64,000 nucleotides of DNA from Carcharhinus amblyrhynchos (lineage: Eukaryota). The stretch is taken from contig OZ336881.1 in assembly GCA_965287045.1 (NCBI GenBank), positions 64,666,001 through 64,730,000 of the forward strand. The letters run 5' to 3'. The translations under genes were made by a program, and so were the position numbers. Under the pieces are notes generated by a model, which was given only the letters and a program-made list of their open reading frames with translations, was not told the DNA's origin and did not search any database. Positions 62,245-64,000 of this stretch are shown here, one piece after another; position 1 is the first letter of the stretch; each line of letters begins with the position of its first letter.

Positions 62245-63189
62245 AGTGTCAAGAATGAAGTTTCTCGATTCTGCAAATTCGCCTCAGGAGAAACTGCCCT
62301 GGACCACTGACTTCTTGTTCAGGGTAAGGGGTCTGCTGTCTGGTAACACAGCCCTCAAACCCTTACATCCCCAAAACACTCCACCACCTCATGTCCCTCT
62401 ACCCACCCCTCATTGCCCCTCATACCCTCCATGCCAACCTATGCCCCTCTACCCATCCCCCTTTGGCACTTTATAGCTCCTGTGTCAACTTTCTGACTGC
62501 TCATGCTAACCCATGACCCCCCTACCATTCTTTTCCCTTATATCATCCAGGCCCACTCACCCAGCATCCAATGCTGGCAGACCTCAAGAACGAGGCTGAC
62601 ATGAAATGAAATAAAGTTCTTAGCATCTATTACTGACTTCACTATATTTAGAAAAATGCTCTCATGATAAAATGTCCATAAAATCAATTTAAGTCTCAAA
62701 TACTTAATCTCACATAAAAACAAAATTTGTTTCATAGCCTCACATTAAAGACAGCTAATCTCTTTACAATGACTTGGATTTGTCAATCAAATTGAACTTA
62801 CAGGCCCCACCTGATAGGTGATAATCACAGGTTATGGAAGCTAGCAAGCAGCACTAATGCCGCAATGGTAACCTTAAGGCTGAAAAGAAACAAACTGCTA
62901 GTGAAACTGCAAGCATCTATTTTTCTTCCAAATGCAGATTGGTTTAAAAGAAAGAATAGGCTATTTAAATGACTTGACCATATGAAAATTCCATCGGCTT
63001 TATCCACTTTTTATGCAAATTCAGGTCGACTCTTAATAGTACCTCCCCTTTTCCAAAGAGGTACCTGGCCTGTCCAAAGAACCCCAAAAAGGTTTAGACC
63101 TTTTCTTCAAATGTCTAATGGCCATGAATGATATTTTGGAAAGCTGCTGACCAAATGCTTCTGAGTGAAGACAGCTGCACTTTTAAATG

Positions 63190-63975
63190 TTTGGTGACAA
63201 TGGAACAATTCAATCCTAACAAAGAGGATCAGTGTAATTACGCACAAAGGTTACACATTTGTCTGAAAGCAAATAAAGTAGGAAATGAGGATAAAGGAGA
63301 AATGAAAATCTATGCTCCCTTATGTGGTTTAAATGTCATTATTCTGCCAAGGTTTAGAGAGAGATTGTGGGAGAAACTTCATCAAGAGCACATTGGGATA
63401 GTCCATTTGAAAGCAGTGGCAGGAAGGTATTTTTGGTATCCAAAGGTAGGTAGAGATAGTGAAAAGTTGTGAACTGTGTTTCGGAATGAGAAATGATCCA
63501 ACGAAGCCACCTTTCATTCCATGGTCAAACAGAAGAAAATCATAGGAGCAAGTACATATTGATTTGTTTGAAGTGGAATGGACAGAGTATCTTGTTTTAG
63601 TTGATACCTATAGAAAGTGGATAAATATTAAACTGTGCCCAATGCCCCAAATGCAAAAACTATTGAGGCCTTGAGAAGGTGGTTTGCAATTTCTGGATTA
63701 CAAGAGGTGTTGGTGTTGAATGAAGGTCCACATTTTACATCAGAAGAGTTTGAAATATTTCTGAGTAAGGATAGAGTCAAATACATTTAAATCCCACTAT
63801 ATCACCCAGCATCAAATATTGCTGCAGAACGAAGTGTACAGATTATGATGAGATCTTTACAGAAGTATTTGGTTCAGTGAGAAGCAGGGCAATATTTTAT
63901 GAATTCCTCTTCAACAAACGCTAGATAATTTTCTTTTCTCTTACAAAATAACTCCACAGTCTACAAATAAGATGC
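63190..63975 (+). mobile_element. Decayed Gypsy fragment: gag N-terminus joined to integrase
   Basis: 'MEQFNPNKEDQCNYAQRL..KANKV' (gag start), then 'LHQEHIGIVHLKAVAGRYFWYP' (INT zinc domain), 'VHIDLF..YLVLVD', 'NEGPHFTSEEF', 'YHPASNIAAERSVQ'. Confidence 0.85.
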
Positions 63976-64000
63976 TCATCTTTCCGGTTGGTGTTTTGTG

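Noticed and set aside
1-64000. CRISPR arrays, operons or other prokaryotic or viral systems
   Set aside because: No regularly spaced repeats or dense coding. The sequence is vertebrate TE-rich intronic and intergenic DNA.

Overview
This is repeat-dense eukaryotic DNA from a cartilaginous fish, judged from its HE1-type V-SINEs and HER1/CR1 LINEs; the species cannot be determined. The only host-gene signal is a CpG-island promoter (~12.75-14.1 kb) with a minus-strand first exon ending in Kozak-ATG-TCG|GTGAGT. The gene cannot be named from two codons. Positions 1-13.1 kb would be its first intron, and the rest is upstream or intergenic. Most of the window is transposable elements: young and old CR1 LINEs, a second CR1/L2-group LINE with its partner SINE, L2, RTE and Rex1/Babar fragments, Penelope-like remnants, a decayed Harbinger transposase with MITEs, a Gmr1-type Gypsy, a second Gypsy fragment, and a tRNA-Gln-like pseudogene. 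Highlights: a nest of three young CR1s inside one old CR1 (two inserted at TCCAG^ATG), HE1 SINEs with two alternative LINE-derived tails, a decayed hammerhead ribozyme in a Penelope repeat, a filled/empty MITE site pair, an LF-SINE-like relic, and several repeat-free motif-dense islands that may be enhancers. I found no convincing new protein-coding system. Family assignments come from visual motif recognition, and most boundaries are approximate.
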